From Trichosphaerium sp. ATCC 40318 (lineage: Eukaryota; Protista; Tubulinea): a stretch of DNA of 64,000 nt. Below, piece after piece: positions 34,721 to 49,201 of this stretch (the first letter of the stretch is position 1; every line of letters begins with the position of its first letter). Position numbers and translations under genes: made by a program. A model generated the notes under the pieces. That model saw nothing but the letters and a program-made list of their open reading frames with translations. It did not search any database and had not been told where the DNA came from. The DNA is taken from assembly GCA_038496445.1 (NCBI GenBank), contig JALMLS010000197.1:82690-146689 (forward strand), given 5' to 3'.

Positions 34721-36310
34721 TTATGGTTTGTCCGCTTCTTTTAATTACCACTAAAGTATGCTCCCAACTAATTTCAAGTTGACAGTAGGTAATGATTTTC
34801 GAAGCTTACAAATCACATCATCAGTAACAGATATATTCGATAAGTTCAAATGCTGTAAGCTCTTTACAGAAGAAAGCTGTAGAACGGCTTCAGCGGTAAG
34901 CCTGGGTATGAGTCAACCATTATTTATCAACAAAGAACACGTACTTGATGCACATTACTAGACTCAAGTCGTTTAAACTTGTAAGCCAAGATAAGTAAGA
35001 AATACCTTCATCAGTCAAGCTGTAACAGTAGTTCATGTTCAATACTTGCAAGTCTCTTAAATGTACCAAGTGCTTCAACCATTGTCCTGTTATGTTTGTA
35101 TTGGACATGACCTGTTTTTAAAACGACAATGTTAGGTATTGTAGCTTACAATAAATTGGGTAAAAAAATGTTTCTATTAGCAGTACCAATACACGAAGTC
35201 GCTTCATTTTATTACCAATGATTCCCAGGTGATTTTCTTTAAGAGTTAAACCCGATATGTACAACTAACATTGTTAGTAAGCAAATAAAAAGGTCAATAA
35301 TGATTAGACAATTCTGTATTTAAGCAGAAGAAATGTTGGCAAAATACTGACTTGTAACTCACTGCCAAGCGAAATGTAGGCAGCTAATTATTAAAATTCT
35401 TGCGCACTTTTGTAATGTTTGGCATGTTTTCTATGAAGCCAAGATTGATATTCATACAACGGCTAACATCTAATACAGAAATATTGTGCATCTTTATAAG
35501 AGGAAAGATTCTGTTTAAACTCTCTTTCGGGTTGCATTCTTGCCTATCAGATAGAACAATACGCTTACATGATATCCAGTGATCAGTTACAAAGTTATAC
35601 CATGATTTACATACATAATCAAAACTAGGAAGGCGTACACATGTCAAAAAAAAATCAAGCAAGTCAATGAACAAAAAAAAAGCAGAAAAATTAGTCTTCA
35701 AGAGGTACCTAAGAATCGTCTCCACAGTGAGATAATCAAGAATCATGCATTGCAATTCGGGTGGTAAATCTACGACAGGTCCTTCATATTCGGGAAATCG
35801 AACACGTGATTGTTGATCGTCATGTTTTATTTCTTGTCTTGGTGATGGCTCTGTAAGATTGCCCATAGCAGCAGAGACGAACGTAGACGCGAAGAAAGGT
35901 GTTGCTATACCATTTTGTTCCTGGCTAACCTCCCATGTCCTCCTTTAGAGGAGTTAGTAATTGTGATGTAAGATAGTTTAAAACGCATTCAAACGCAGCT
36001 GGTATGGTATTTAGGAAACTGAAATTACGTGGGAGGTAATTTGGGGTGAATTTACAGCAAATTGTTCCGTTTCAGTGGAATTCAGTCAAAAACGCCTGTT
36101 ATGGGCGTGTAAAGCGCTGACATACAAGTATTCATCGGTGTTAACGTCATTAGTATCGTTGCTCTCTGTTTCAGTTGAAAATAAAGAAATTGGAGCAACA
36201 TTGGTTACTGCAGAGCCTATCAATTGTTAACTGAAGTTTAGTGACCATGTCAATCTATTTGTACTTATGTAGCTCCCTACAACATCATACAACCACTGTG
36301 TATTCTCCAT
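34721..36310 (-). CDS. F-box/LRR (FBXL-like) protein, multi-exon
   Basis: DLPPELQCMILDYL...VCKSW; LRRs LQVLNMNYCYSLTDEGI, LQHLNLSNISVTDD; 5' exons inferred. Confidence 0.8.
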
Positions 36311-36548
36311 GACAATGCAACGTTGCCTCGAGGCTTAAGGGCTGATACAATTAAATGAATGAAGCAGTTTTGAGCTTTAAGCAAGGCTTTAGTGTTGTGT
36401 TGACACAACTACGTCGGTCAGGGCTGTTGAATAATTTAAGTGTACTCTCTGTTGCCGAACACTGTTGTTCAAGATGGAGGTTGCAACTTTAGGATATCAG
36501 AAAATTCAACTGTTTTACTATTTTTAACAAAACACAATTGACTTGACC

Positions 36549-39500
36549 ATGCAAAGCCTTCTGCGCGTGCTATTAGTATGCTCGTGTTTTTTGGTTGCAA
36601 ACAGCCAACCCTTCAATGCACTTATTGGTCCTCGCAGTAATGCGCCTTATGGGTTCTTTATTCGTTTATACACCAGTTTAACAGGCCCAGAAACGCATTG
36701 TACACACTTTTGTAGTTTTAATCAAATAACGGCCAATTAGCGTGTAGTGACGCGCGTATACCACGCCTTTCTTTAGGACTGGCGTACAGTGGTCAAACGG
36801 GCAGGGTTTACATAGCTTCGAATACTACGGGTAACACTGTATACGAAATGGACCCTTATTCTTGCGAAGTTGTACGCTATGGACTATTTTAGCATTATAT
36901 CTAATTAAAACAATTTTCTAGACTCGTATCTGTACGCTTACGCGTATCAGCGGTTTTTCTATCGATTTAATCACTGGAAGAATGTTTGGATACAGCGCTG
37001 GTGTTTTTTTTGAAATAGACTTTGACACTTGCAGTACAAACACAATATGTACTGGTTCCCTTGCAACCACGGATGCTAGTACGCACATCTTAACAATACC
37101 TTACACTCTAATAAATCCATAGTGACTGTTATAAATGGCACAGTTTACGGCGCTACTGCTGCTTCATTGGTTTCTATTGGCAACCTCACAGATGGGACTT
37201 GCACTGGAATACCTGCAGCGGCTTATCCAGTTCCTTGTTCTCAAGTTAGCGGTAACCTTGGTAAACACACTGTAACATGGTAATAATAGGTTTTTGTAGG
37301 TATTACTGCATACGATGATAATACAGTTCTTATGGCGTGCTCGGGGCTATACTACCTCTTTAACATTTCCACATCAACGTTTGGTTCGTCGCTGAGTGGT
37401 GAAGCCTCTGCTAGACCTGGCTTGGCTTCCATGTTCTATGATGTAGGAGCTACACCTACAAGTATGCCAACAGCGTTACCTCCACCAACAGAAGCTCCAA
37501 CCGAACTATCACCTCCTCCAACACCAAACGCATTACTTGTACCCAGAAACGGTACAAACCAACCTGGATTTAGGATTCAGGACTTGGCATCTATAAATGA
37601 AACCCTTACTGGTATGTCCAGACACGTGATATGTGCTCTTACTGTTTTTTTGTTGGAAACTTACTTCTTGTTAGAATGTATTATTCCTGGTCTTGTCAGA
37701 GAGGCTATTGGTATTGCACAATTAAGAAATGGTATGGTTGCATACTCAACGATCGGCAAAATAGTGTATATTGTAGATCCAAACGCTTGTATGATTGTAC
37801 GTGTTTTCACCTTGACTAACAAGGCTTTTCTTATTTTTGAACAGGTTAACACATGCCTCACAGTCTTTGAAGTTAATTCATTGGCTGTTGACACCAGAAC
37901 AGATACTCTCTACGGTGTGGTGGGCGGTTTACTCACTGAGATTAACCCAGTCACATGTGCACTTACGAGCTCTTGTGACTTCCCTGATATAAACGGAAGT
38001 ACGGTTCATTACTTAATGTTAACATACTAACAAATACTGTGCGCAGTGTCTATTATAGGAGAAGATGCTTATGGTGCTAGCACACTCACAACTTTTGTGA
38101 TAAAAAACTTTGTACAAAACTGTACACGTGACGTTCTAGCGTCTAACCCTACAAGCCCATTTCTTTGTATGGTGAGTGGTACGTAAAAAAAGCAATGTTC
38201 CTCAAACAGTTTAACTTTTTACAGGTATGACTGCACTACCAGATGGAGAACGTTTACTAGTTGCATGCTCTGTTGAACGTTACTATACGTTCAACATAAC
38301 CTCAAAGGTGTTCACTCAGTTCCCGACCTACCTTGGTGCCCATAATAATTTTTATTTTGAAACAAAAACATCTTCTTCTGATTGTTTTTTTTTTCAAAGG
38401 TAATTCAGCAATAAGCACAATGGTATACAGTCCAATAATTCCTACACCACCAATTCCTCCTTTCAATCCTTCAGTACCTATTCCGCCTACACCTCCAACA
38501 CCTCCGATGGCACCTGTAACAGTGCCAATACCGCCTGTAGCACCTATCCCACCCACATCTTTCCCACTACCTCCATCAGCACCTATTCCGCCTACTACAC
38601 TAGCACCTATAGTTGTGCCAGTACCACCAATTGCTCCTCCAGTAACCCAAATACCTACAGCATCCTCAGCATTCCCTGATGTGAGTTTTAGCTTACAGCA
38701 ATATGTTTCTAATTGATTTTGATAGATAAGTCCACGCGTGGACTGTGTTCTTGAAACAAATACTGGATTTACAGCAATATTAGGTTGGGTTACAGCAAAT
38801 CAGACCCTTGTTGTTCCAATAGGACCAAACAATGTTTTGTCACCAGCTGCACCAACCCAAAACCAGCAACCAGAGACTTTCTCTGGTACAGCACCATTCT
38901 TTCCCGCTCCGGGACAGTACAGGTTAGATTTCGATGGTACAAAAACGACATGGACCTTAGGTAACGGTATTGTATCTTTTGAAGGCAATGATCCACAGAC
39001 AAAGTGTATTACTGACGGTACGTTAGCACACCTTGTACCGTCTATTAATTTTATCGATAGAGGCTACTCTTGAGCTCGTTATCAACGAGATGTTCCCACT
39101 TTCTGATACCGTTTTGATACCATAAAAACCAAACTAGCAGAGGGGATGAATGTCTCTGAGTCTAGCTTGAATGTATCCCAGAGATCCTCTGCCAAAAGAC
39201 AAGCGAGCACAACAGTCAGTGTTACAATAACAAGTACCAAAATTCTTTAAAAATCTCTCCTGTCTAATCACGTGTTGTGTAGATACAGCAGACCCTCCAA
39301 CTACAGTTATTGGAACTTTCTTGGCTTCTAATGCACAGAGTACACAAGTTGCTCTTAGCCAAGATGGCATTGGTATAGTTGTACGTTGTTTTCTCGCTAC
39401 TATAATTCTTTGTTGACGTTTCGTGTTAGTCCTTCGCGACACCTGCTCCATCCACAGTGACAGATTCCACTCAACGTAAACAAGATACTTCTAGTAGCAA

Positions 39501-39555
39501 TAGGTTGATTGCAGTTTTTATATTATCATTGTGTTGTGTACTCTTACACTTGTAG
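36549..39555 (+). CDS. Cell-surface protein: two beta-propeller-like Cys-containing repeats, Pro-rich stalk, small beta domain, probable GPI signal
   Basis: Signal peptide; duplicated G.VAY..-VY..DP..C modules; PIPP repeats 38430-38670; C-terminus SSSNRLIAVFILSLCCVLLHL*. Confidence 0.75.
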
Positions 39556-39871
39556 AATAGAAGGTTAACAATAAATACTTTTTTTCGTTGTGCCTTTGAG
39601 CGTGCCATCAGATTATTTGAAGCAGGTCTACACGGTAGGCGCAGTCTTCAATGTGAGAAACATCGGTGTACACGTGACGTTTACTGGCTGTTACGAAACT
39701 GTAAGTTATGGGAGAATAAAGTGAAATAGCCTATTTTGTGAGGTATTCTTACAAGTGGTTCTTTTATTTGTTGGGAACTTTGTCCTAATGCCCAACCAAA
39801 ATCAGTTTAATGCTGTCTTACAGTATTGCATTTGATTTATTGTATTTGGATACAGCAGTTGACTATATTTA

Positions 39872-41860
39872 TTATCTCTTGGATAGTTTGATATGAGCTA
39901 TCTTTGGCATTTCCCACATTTCCTTTGACTAACAAAACATGTGAATAACTTAGAGAAGTAAAAAAAAAACTGCATCTTGTACCTCGTAACAATAAGATAT
40001 GTATAAATAAAAATCATCACCATCTTGATAAGAAAGCTCTGGATGAATTGCCATATCTGAAATGCTTGACACATCAAACTCTACGGTGGCAGGTTTGTCG
40101 TAGTCTCCCTAGGTTAAAATTAGTGTTACAGAAATAGAATATGAAGTGACTTGCCCAAGGTTTGTCAGCAGCGTATATGTTTATTTGTGAACCGTGGCTT
40201 GTAAGGAAAACAAATTTCTTCAAGAAAGGAATGTACTTTACATCAAAATCACCAGAAACACCTAAAGTTGATTGAGATCTCAAAACCATTTTGACAAAAA
40301 CAAAATCGTCTTCAAAAAGAATACTTTGAACTACAGCAGGTGTGTTTGTAATTAATCTAGGCTGGTATACAGGCGTCTCGTTGTCACCTGAAGAATGATG
40401 TAAATTATAAATACGAGGTTCTTGAAGGAAGGTACCATTCCAAAACAAGTATGTTGGATATGGAGTTATAATAGAGTCTGAATCACACTTTGCAATTATT
40501 ATATCATGACTACCGTCAGCGTTTTTCCTTTTAACAAATTGATACACCTAAGTTCAATAGACATTAATAAGTTTAACATGAACTTGGATGTGTACTGCAT
40601 TATCATAATAAACAGAGACAGATGGTTGAGGCATATCAAACTTAAAACAATGATTAGTATCAACTATCAATCACGTGAAAGTATACTTACAGTAGTGTTG
40701 TCTGCGTATATACGAGTAAAGGAAGCTTCAGCATAAGAAGTATTGCTTAATATACCAGCACCATATGCGTAATGATGAGAATCACTTTGACAAAGTTCAT
40801 TAGCGAAAATTCATTGTCCTTTAACATACTTGAGTCGTTTAGGATCTAGTTCTAGCACTTCCCAGTACAGAAAAGACATTCCCCATGCGTGAACCTAAAC
40901 AGCTATCTTAATCTCAAAGAGTTATCATGTAAGCGTACACCACCGGAAGGAGAAATGACTGATAAGTCAGGGTCTATATTAGGTGATGGGATTACTGAGG
41001 CTGGATCTTGAAGGACGTTGTTCGCCCCTAGTAGTAACATTAATGTACGAAGTCAGTAATTATTGAGGGTACTATGAGATGAGTAGAACGCCACTGTGCT
41101 ATTTGGATGTTTTTCTACGAACATGACTGATGATAGAAGTCGAGTGGATAGTTTTAACGACTTGTTTAAACACTTAGGATATGTGCCTTCATTACATAAA
41201 ATAGTGTCTCCAAAAGTCCACATTGAGACGTTAGCGTTAATTAATGTAACTACAATTCATCAAAATTGGAAGTGAAAAATTCAAAAAATGAAACCTTGTC
41301 CTCCTCGTTGGCTTATAACTCTACTTTGGTTGGTAAGATCCGACAGCCTGTTGAGTTCATTAAAACAGTGTTTAGGTTACGATATTATGATAGTGACAAG
41401 TAAGCGCAAAAACGTGCCATGGCAATTGCACCTTGACAATCTCAAACTCGTAGTGTTCTGCTATCCACGGCTTATCCCATGGTACCTAAAAGGTGTTCGT
41501 TCGAACATAGTTTATAAAACAACGTACTGCAATTGTTAGAACGAGTGCTACGACAACCACAACAATGAGGATATGTACAATGAATAATCCTATACATTGA
41601 CCAACAGGCAACTTCTAACGAAAAGTCACAAGTTAAGAAATAGCACGTGATGAACATTTGAAAAAAAATAAAACAGCAAACCTGTCCATTTTTCGCGCAC
41701 CTTTGGCTTTGGGATGTCGTCCTTTGGTTCTTCTTCGTTTTCATTATTTTGAACCGTGTTCGACTCTAGTAATGCGTCTCCCACCTTTAATTAGTGTTGA
41801 GAGCTAATTTGATGACAAAAATGCACATACTTCGGAAGAATTAGTCGCAACCCCGTTCAT
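39872..41860 (-). CDS. Type II membrane protein with DUF4185/glycoside-hydrolase-like beta-propeller
   Basis: TM segment IGLFIVHILIVVVVVALV; WTFGDT; YGAGI; YLYQF; YIPFLKKF; IYAADKPWG; AIHPE. Confidence 0.65.
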
Positions 41861-41988
41861 CTGTTACAAATATTGATGTAAATAAATAAAAATGAAAGAC
41901 TTTGATTACTCCTACCCTCAAGGAAAATTCAGACTCAAATTTGTACTCCATTGGTGTTGTTCTCGCTTAAATAACTTTAAGTCACTCA

Positions 41989-44900
41989 TTAGCTACGTAT
42001 TCCTTTTCGCTTGGCTTGCCGCTCCCGCCAGTACTAAGACTACTGATCTAGCTTTGCAAGAAGAAATTACCTTTGGATAAACTGCAGCACGCTACAAAGC
42101 ACATGATTTAGCCAACTTTTTCGACAATTTGTTGCAACAAGAAGTTCATGGTGACCAGACAACATAATGTTGCTTTTTTTTTTCTTTGTTTTTTCATTAT
42201 TTTTTACATAATCGCCAAAGGGCAATCGAATCCTCTTTCTACAAATCTTACACTGTACACAAACCAAAAAATTTCTGATGCAAGCTGTTACCGCATATTT
42301 ACCGCTTAGACATCCATTCAAATAAATCAATGACGCCACTAGCATCGAGCTCCTCAGGTAGGGGTAGCTCATCCAAGTATATCTAAACATGGTAAGCGTA
42401 ATATTAACAAACAATAAAACCCACCATGTCCAATAAAACCTGAACTGTCTCCATAGGAACATTTGAGAATGTCTTAGCATTCAACTTCTTGTGAAGTCTA
42501 GCTAAAGCAACAGGTTGATGAAGAGGCATCTTTGATCCTGCATGCCGACACAATACATCACTCCACTCACCACTGTCTAGTAGGGCTTTCAAATCACCCA
42601 AAAGACCAGATACTTTAAAAATAGTCAAACAAAAGAGTAAAGATTGAGATATACGCAAAATACTCACCTGGGCGTAGTATGCGCTGTATCCTATGTTGAA
42701 ATTCTTCTTCGCCGCAGTTGTTTAAATTGACTTCTTTGAGACCTGATTTACCAGACTTCAGTACGTTCAGAACAGCTCTAGCACCTTGATAGTTTTATAA
42801 GTGTAAATGAAGGTAAGCGAAAAAAAGGTTAAGGAACTTACCCTTCACGCCAATCTTAATGTTAAACAAGTCAAGCTTTTGTAATGTGCGGTTGTTAGCG
42901 AGACCACGTACACATAGCTCTTCTACTGCTGTCGGAGACAGGTTATTGGCACCCATTGATAGGCTTGAGCAATAGAGTAAGATAAAGTAGCAGCTACTAA
43001 AAAAAACTGTATCACTCACCATTGCAACGATGTGTTGTTACTTAAAAAATGAGCTATGTCAGTTGCTTTTGTTATCTTATTGCCACTCAAATCTAATGTG
43101 AGAAGAGAGTCACTATCACGAAGCAAATTCATAATCTCTGCAACGCCTACGTTTACAGTTAAACAACAAAGTGAAACGTAGTGAAGGTACCATCATCTCT
43201 GAGTCCATTGTTTGCTATATACAAGCGTTGCAGTGTAGTATTCTGTCGTGTAGCTATTACGTTGACTATATCCTTTATTCCTGTACCAAGTCTCATACTT
43301 CCTGAAATGTCCAGAGAACGTAGTGTTGTATTCTCAGTTAAAGCTTGAGAAATATGTGCGTTTACCTAAGAATTTTTTAAGTGTGAAGCACTGCTTGTAA
43401 CCTTGATTGCTTTGACAATTTTTTTTATATACGTACGTTTAATGTACGTAATGAGAGCTGACTGAGGCATAAAGAACGCATACTGGTCGTGTTTTGAATA
43501 AATAACTGAAGAAGTTGTCCAAGTTTGACTTGGCTTATATTTTCTGCTACTTTTTTACGAAAGCCTAATCTGAAATTTCTTCTGTTAGAGAACGTGTTGT
43601 GGCCAACAAGTAAAGGAATACCTCAAAAATGACTTTTCTATACTGTCCATATGCTGTTGTATAGAGCATGTAGATCTCTGGCACTGTTTAACCAAGGACT
43701 CAAGTAATTCTTCTTTTTTAGATGAAATACCATTTAATTCAATCAAATGCCTTGCGACACGCTTACGTTTCTTCGAGCCCATTGCCTCTATGACCATTTA
43801 TGAATATTAATTCTATACGAGCAATAGACAACAGCAGTAAAGAGACGAACCAAATATTGAGACAAGGACATGTTTAAATTGTAAACTTTTTTCAGTTTCT
43901 TCTCCAACTGGTTTTAAGTTCTTTATGCACTGTTGTAATAGCTGGACTCTAAGAGAAATAAACAACAATTTTCTAAGCTCGCTAGTTAATACAACATACC
44001 TATGCGCCTGTGTAATGTCTTTTGAGAGCAGGGATGCCAAAAATTGTAGGTGAAGTGGTTTTTCGTCTACTTCGAAACCATCCTTCCAATACAGCTGCCA
44101 AAGAATATCAATAACCTTCAACTTTGGCTTGGAACTCTATAACATGGCATTAGAACTTATCCTAGCCACATTTATGAACGAACGTACATAAACAAGGGAC
44201 ATTGATGATAAATAATACAATAGTATAATGGTGTCATGATTATAATAAGTTAATGGTGTTGATCGCGTTATCCTCACAATAAAATGATTTACCAAAGACT
44301 CACTCAAATGAGGAGCAAGTTGTGTAAGCATATGAGCAGTGACTGATCGTTGACAAGGAGCAGAAAGCTACAAGCATCGAAAAGTTAATAAACTAAACAT
44401 GGTTTTTATAAACCTTGCTCAAACGCACCAAGTACTTATTCCATAAACGGTTAATATGTTTTTCACGCAATAATCCGTTCTGTCCACAGAATATTAAGAA
44501 CTCAATACACGTTCTAATATGGTATAAGGTCAGTAGAGACAACATTTTAGATTTCTGGTTTTTTGCACCTTAGAACATTAGGGCTCTTGTCTAATATGGA
44601 GAAGTAATGATCTACGGCATTTCTTTGTCCAATCCAGGTAAGTAATAGATCTCTTTAAAAAAAAATCAATAAGTTAGGGTGAAAAAAGAGTTGGTTTTTG
44701 TTAGCAATATCTCACCTTATAGATTTCTGTCTGCTCGGTGAATCATTATCGGAGTGTTTCAGTAACCTATTTATAACAGGAAAGCGTTTTTCTTCGCTCT
44801 TCCAAGTCGACAGTACGACTTTTCGTAAATATCTTGTTCCTTGTAAAAACAATCAAAAAAAAAACTGTATACTTCATTTATGCGATATTGCTTACCTTTG

Positions 44901-46826
44901 TACGCTTTTTCTAGAGCATCTTGCCTTATAGCATGTAACACAACATCGAGATTGAATTGCTCAATGATTACATAAACATCATCTTCTGGTAATGCTGTAG
45001 CAATAAAAGCACGATATAATCGACCACACTTTTACATTTGTGAGTTTAATGCCAAAGAACATAAACGTACGTCTGTAAAATACTGTCTTTCTGTCTGTGA
45101 TAACTCAGTTTGAGCGAATTGAAGTAATTTACGAAGAATGACATCCCTTTGAGGATTATTTATTAGTATTCAAATAAAGCAGACTTTGTTTGCGATTGCA
45201 ACTTACCCAACCTCTGGTACATAGTCCTTTAAAAATCGCTGTGAAAGTAATCGTCGCACCTGCAATCATTTATAAACAATGGTGTAAGAGGTAATTTTAT
45301 TCGTACTGTAGCTATAGGTTTGAATGAGTTTCTCATCAAGTTTAAAGTAACATCTGTATGTTGTATACGCTCTAATACTTTATTGAATCCATCATGCATC
45401 CCAAAATAATTTACGTTTATGGCTAAACATTGTAACCTCTGAAACCGCCTATTTATCTAAAAACTGAAAGTAAGTGACACGTGATAATTTTTTTTTTTCT
45501 CATAATTTTAAGTCTGTCGCAAGCATACACGTATGATTTTAGCATAAGGCAGTTTGCCACATAAATAATCGCCAAAAGGCTGCTGTAATAATTTCCATTG
45601 AAAATCGCGGTTGTAGTAAGGGTGTGTGCTGTTGAATAGTCTACTAAGTATCGCCATCCATGCACCAAAGTAAGGTAGAGAAAAGGAGTGAAGTATCAAA
45701 TCTAGTAAATTGAGTCAAAATAAAAACGAGAAAAAATCCTAAATAGAGTTTTTTTTTTAATTTTAATGGCTCCACGTGATGTGGAATAGTGGAAAAAATT
45801 TAATAAATCGATTCTAGAATACCTATGACACGTAGGAAAAATTCATTCACTTCGATATGTAGCGTAGGTTCTAAGTTACTATAAAACAAAGTAAGTCACT
45901 GCCAATATTTTAATTTATTCAAAAACAAAAAACAAACTTTCAAACTTACTCTTTTGTTAGAAATGCGCCAACTAGATCAAATAATCGTAGAGCAAAGCCT
46001 TTTGTCATGTGTGGTTTGTTTTTCTTTAAAAGTTTCTCGACTTCAGCCTTCGCAATTCGTAATTGTTTGACAGGACGGACTATTTTTTTTACATTGTTTT
46101 AGTGACAAGCTCTATTACACAGTGGAGAAATTTATCCGCACCTAGTTTACCAACATCACTGATGATTCTATACCAAAGTATGGGCTTTTTATTGCCATGT
46201 GATAACTCTGCTTCACGTTTCTAGATAACAAGATAAGAAATAGGACAGGATGAGCAATGTAAGGATTAAGAAAGCGACAATGTCGCGATACAAATTTCAA
46301 CAAAATAACAATTCTGTCGAGCATTTTAAAGCAAGGAAAGAAAACGTGTCATCATAAAAATTATGATTGCCTGAGCGTTGAGCGAGAGCGAATGGATTTA
46401 AGAGATATTTTAGTTACAAATAAATTGTTATTAAACGTCAAGTGGCAATTTTTGTTGTCTATGAATAATATGTACTACAAATAGCGGTTGTGTGGGTTTT
46501 CATGTAGAATTTCTTTAGTTACCTCTTTTTGTTTTAAAAACGTCCGCACGGCGTCTATCCAATGTCTAGCAGCACGCCTGCCAACAAAACTCTGAATACG
46601 CGTAACTGTCAAGTAAGGGTTCAGTTCTTCTGCGTCTTGTTAGGGAGTTAAGGATAGTATGGTAGTGGTGTGGCTATCTCATAGCCAAAAACAGTTAACA
46701 ACAATTTTTTACAGCATTGTAACGGTGGATACAATAAACCTCTTTAACGACGTCTTCAGATACGCAACCATGAGGAAAGAGGCCGTGAATTAGCGTAATT
46801 GTAGCATCTGTTTCCTCTTCCGCCAT
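41989..46826 (-). CDS. Large multi-exon protein: helical N-terminus, RNI-like LRRs, C-terminal BTB
   Basis: LTENTTLRSLDISG, LQRLYIANNGL, LTLDLSGNKI, LANNRTLQKLDL; BTB DLKALLDSGEWSDV...LHQPVALAR; upstream exons traced to ATG at 46826. Confidence 0.7.
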
Positions 46827-47100
46827 CACGAAATTATACGCATGGGGCTGCAAGATTATCGTCTCTGTTTGTGACCCGTGTGAATTTTAAAACAAAACAC
46901 ATTTGTTGGCATCAAATAAGTCGCGTTAGCATTAAAACATCTTCTTTGCCACCAATAGCGCTCGTTTGCTAGCAAGGTAACATTGTAAAACCTGTACTAC
47001 TACATTTCGTTTTGACACGGTTTAGTTTGTTCTTACATACATCGCTTGAGCGAAAGGTATATGCACAAGCAAACGAATTACGCGTAGGTATTGAGCAACG

Positions 47101-48945
47101 ATGAACAAACCTAGTAATAACGTAGGCGCAGCACGGCGTAAATGCTACTTGTATATATGTGTTTTTCTGATGATAGCATTGACTTACATCTCCATTTCTT
47201 CTTTTTCATCAGCAGGAGCTGCGATGGATGATCAATACATTCATTCAACAAGGGCACCACAACCATTTGAGGATAAAGCTGCAGCTTCTGCTCCATTTGT
47301 CCAAAACCACCTTACACACCTAAAAGAACTCCAAACTACTGTGCGTAACTCAGAACTGGAAATTCTGCAACGTTTACAGAGCGAAGGTAAGACTTTTTTA
47401 GGTTTTTTTTATTCAGACTATTTTGCGTCATTTTTAATGTTTTCGCTCTTCAGGAATCATATGCGAGACGGTATTCTCCCCTGATAGACCTAGGCATTTC
47501 AATGTATGCTTGGTAGCAAATGTACATATTTACGATGGCCAGTACTACTATACAAAGTCTTCACAACAAATCTTTGACAGATTTAAAGAAAAGACACCAG
47601 ATATTTCATTTATGGAGAATCCGTCGAATTCTAACAATGAAGATACGCTTATGAAATATGCTTCACCTGATAAAGTCGCATCTTGGGGAAAACCTCATCA
47701 GGTAAAGTGTCACAATGTGTCAAAAAAATGGTTTTCTTTTTTTTTTCTGACATTTTTTTGAAGCTTACTGAAGATAAACTACACCTCGTCGCTTCTACAT
47801 GTCTTCCCAATATATATCATATAACCCACGACTGTGTACTGGGTATGTACCAGGCGTTGGCGCATTATAAACTACTTCATCTTGACGTGGACATATACTA
47901 CGCCAAGGACTGGCCAGAGGATCCTCCTTTACCTAGAGCATTGGAAATGTATGATGATTGGCTCGCAAAGTCACTTGGCAGTGATATATTTTACAGAGGT
48001 ATGATGCATGGTATGTTACGCGGTTAAATGTTTACTAGCTCAACATCCTGACAAGAAACATGTTGTATTACCTTACGCTGTTGTTGGTTTGACAAATCAA
48101 AATTTTTGGCCGTTCGCAGAAACAAAGCTACTGCGTGAACTAGTGGCTATTCGACATGGTGTTAATTTGAGGAAAGAATGGGCTAAACATAGTGAAGATA
48201 CTAATAGACCGTATCGAATTTTACTATGGAAACGTGGGTATAGCGCAGGTAGAAAAGACCCCACAAAAGTACATTTGATATTATTTTCTGTGATGGTTTT
48301 TGTTTTGTCCTAAATTTTGTTTGTTATTAGGTGACACGTACAATTGAAAATTTTGATGATTTGTTGGCTATGCTTGAGGCTATACCAAACGTAGAAGTTT
48401 CTATATTCTCTGGATCAAAAAAGACGTTGAAACAGCAAATTACTAGGGTACTAAATTACACAGTATTTTTATGTTAATTTTTTTGTAGTTGCTCTCCGTA
48501 GATTTACTTATTAAAGTGCACGGATCAGGATCTCTAAACGCGTTATGGATGCGACCAAACTCAGCGTTTATACAAATATTTATAAAGGATAGCTGGTGAG
48601 AGTTCTAGTTTACATTAAATAGTAACTTTTATTAGGTATGCGCATAGATTTACATACAGGAACGTGTCTGCAGCCATTGATGTCCGATACTTCTCACATA
48701 ACTCTCAAGTTACGCCATGGAAGACATCTGAATATCGTTGCGCCGCTCAGAGCTTGGAAGCGTGCTTAAATATGCACTACCCCGAGGGCTATGAGCCTTG
48801 TTGCAACTCTTATAGAATAGAACACAACATTGTTGTTAATATCGAGAAGATGAAAGAGTTAGTGAAACTAGCTATGGATGAGAGTTATTATCCAACATGC
48901 ATCATGATGGACGGTAAATCGCAAGTACATCATCATTGTGAATAA
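47101..48945 (+). CDS. Glycosyltransferase family 61 (DUF563)-like type II membrane protein
   Basis: TM anchor; NIYHITHD; RTIENFDDL; TLKQQI; VHGSGSLNALWMRPNSAFIQI. Confidence 0.8.
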
Positions 48946-49201
48946 AATAATAAAAAGAATCAAAAAGCGCACGAGCCAAGTTCTTGTAAAACGAAGAAAA
49001 AAATTTTACGGAGCTCTTTGAGCACGTGAGGGAGATAATAAGTTGTCACAATGTAGCAAATAATCACTTTTTGTGTACTTGAACAGTGTTAGCTGCCTCA
49101 CAGGTCTAAGTGAGGTGTGTTCCCAGTAATTTGTGAAAAAGTACTTAAGATAAGTCAAATAACATTTGACCCGTAATTCGCGAAACGGCACACCACACGT
49201 C

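Noticed and set aside
46760-46830. AACCATGAGGAAAGAGG resembling U3 snoRNA box C' with a GAGGAAA/TTTCCTC hairpin
   Set aside because: No box A, C or D found; the segment is better explained as the first coding exon (MAEEETDATITLIHGLFP) of the minus-strand LRR-BTB gene
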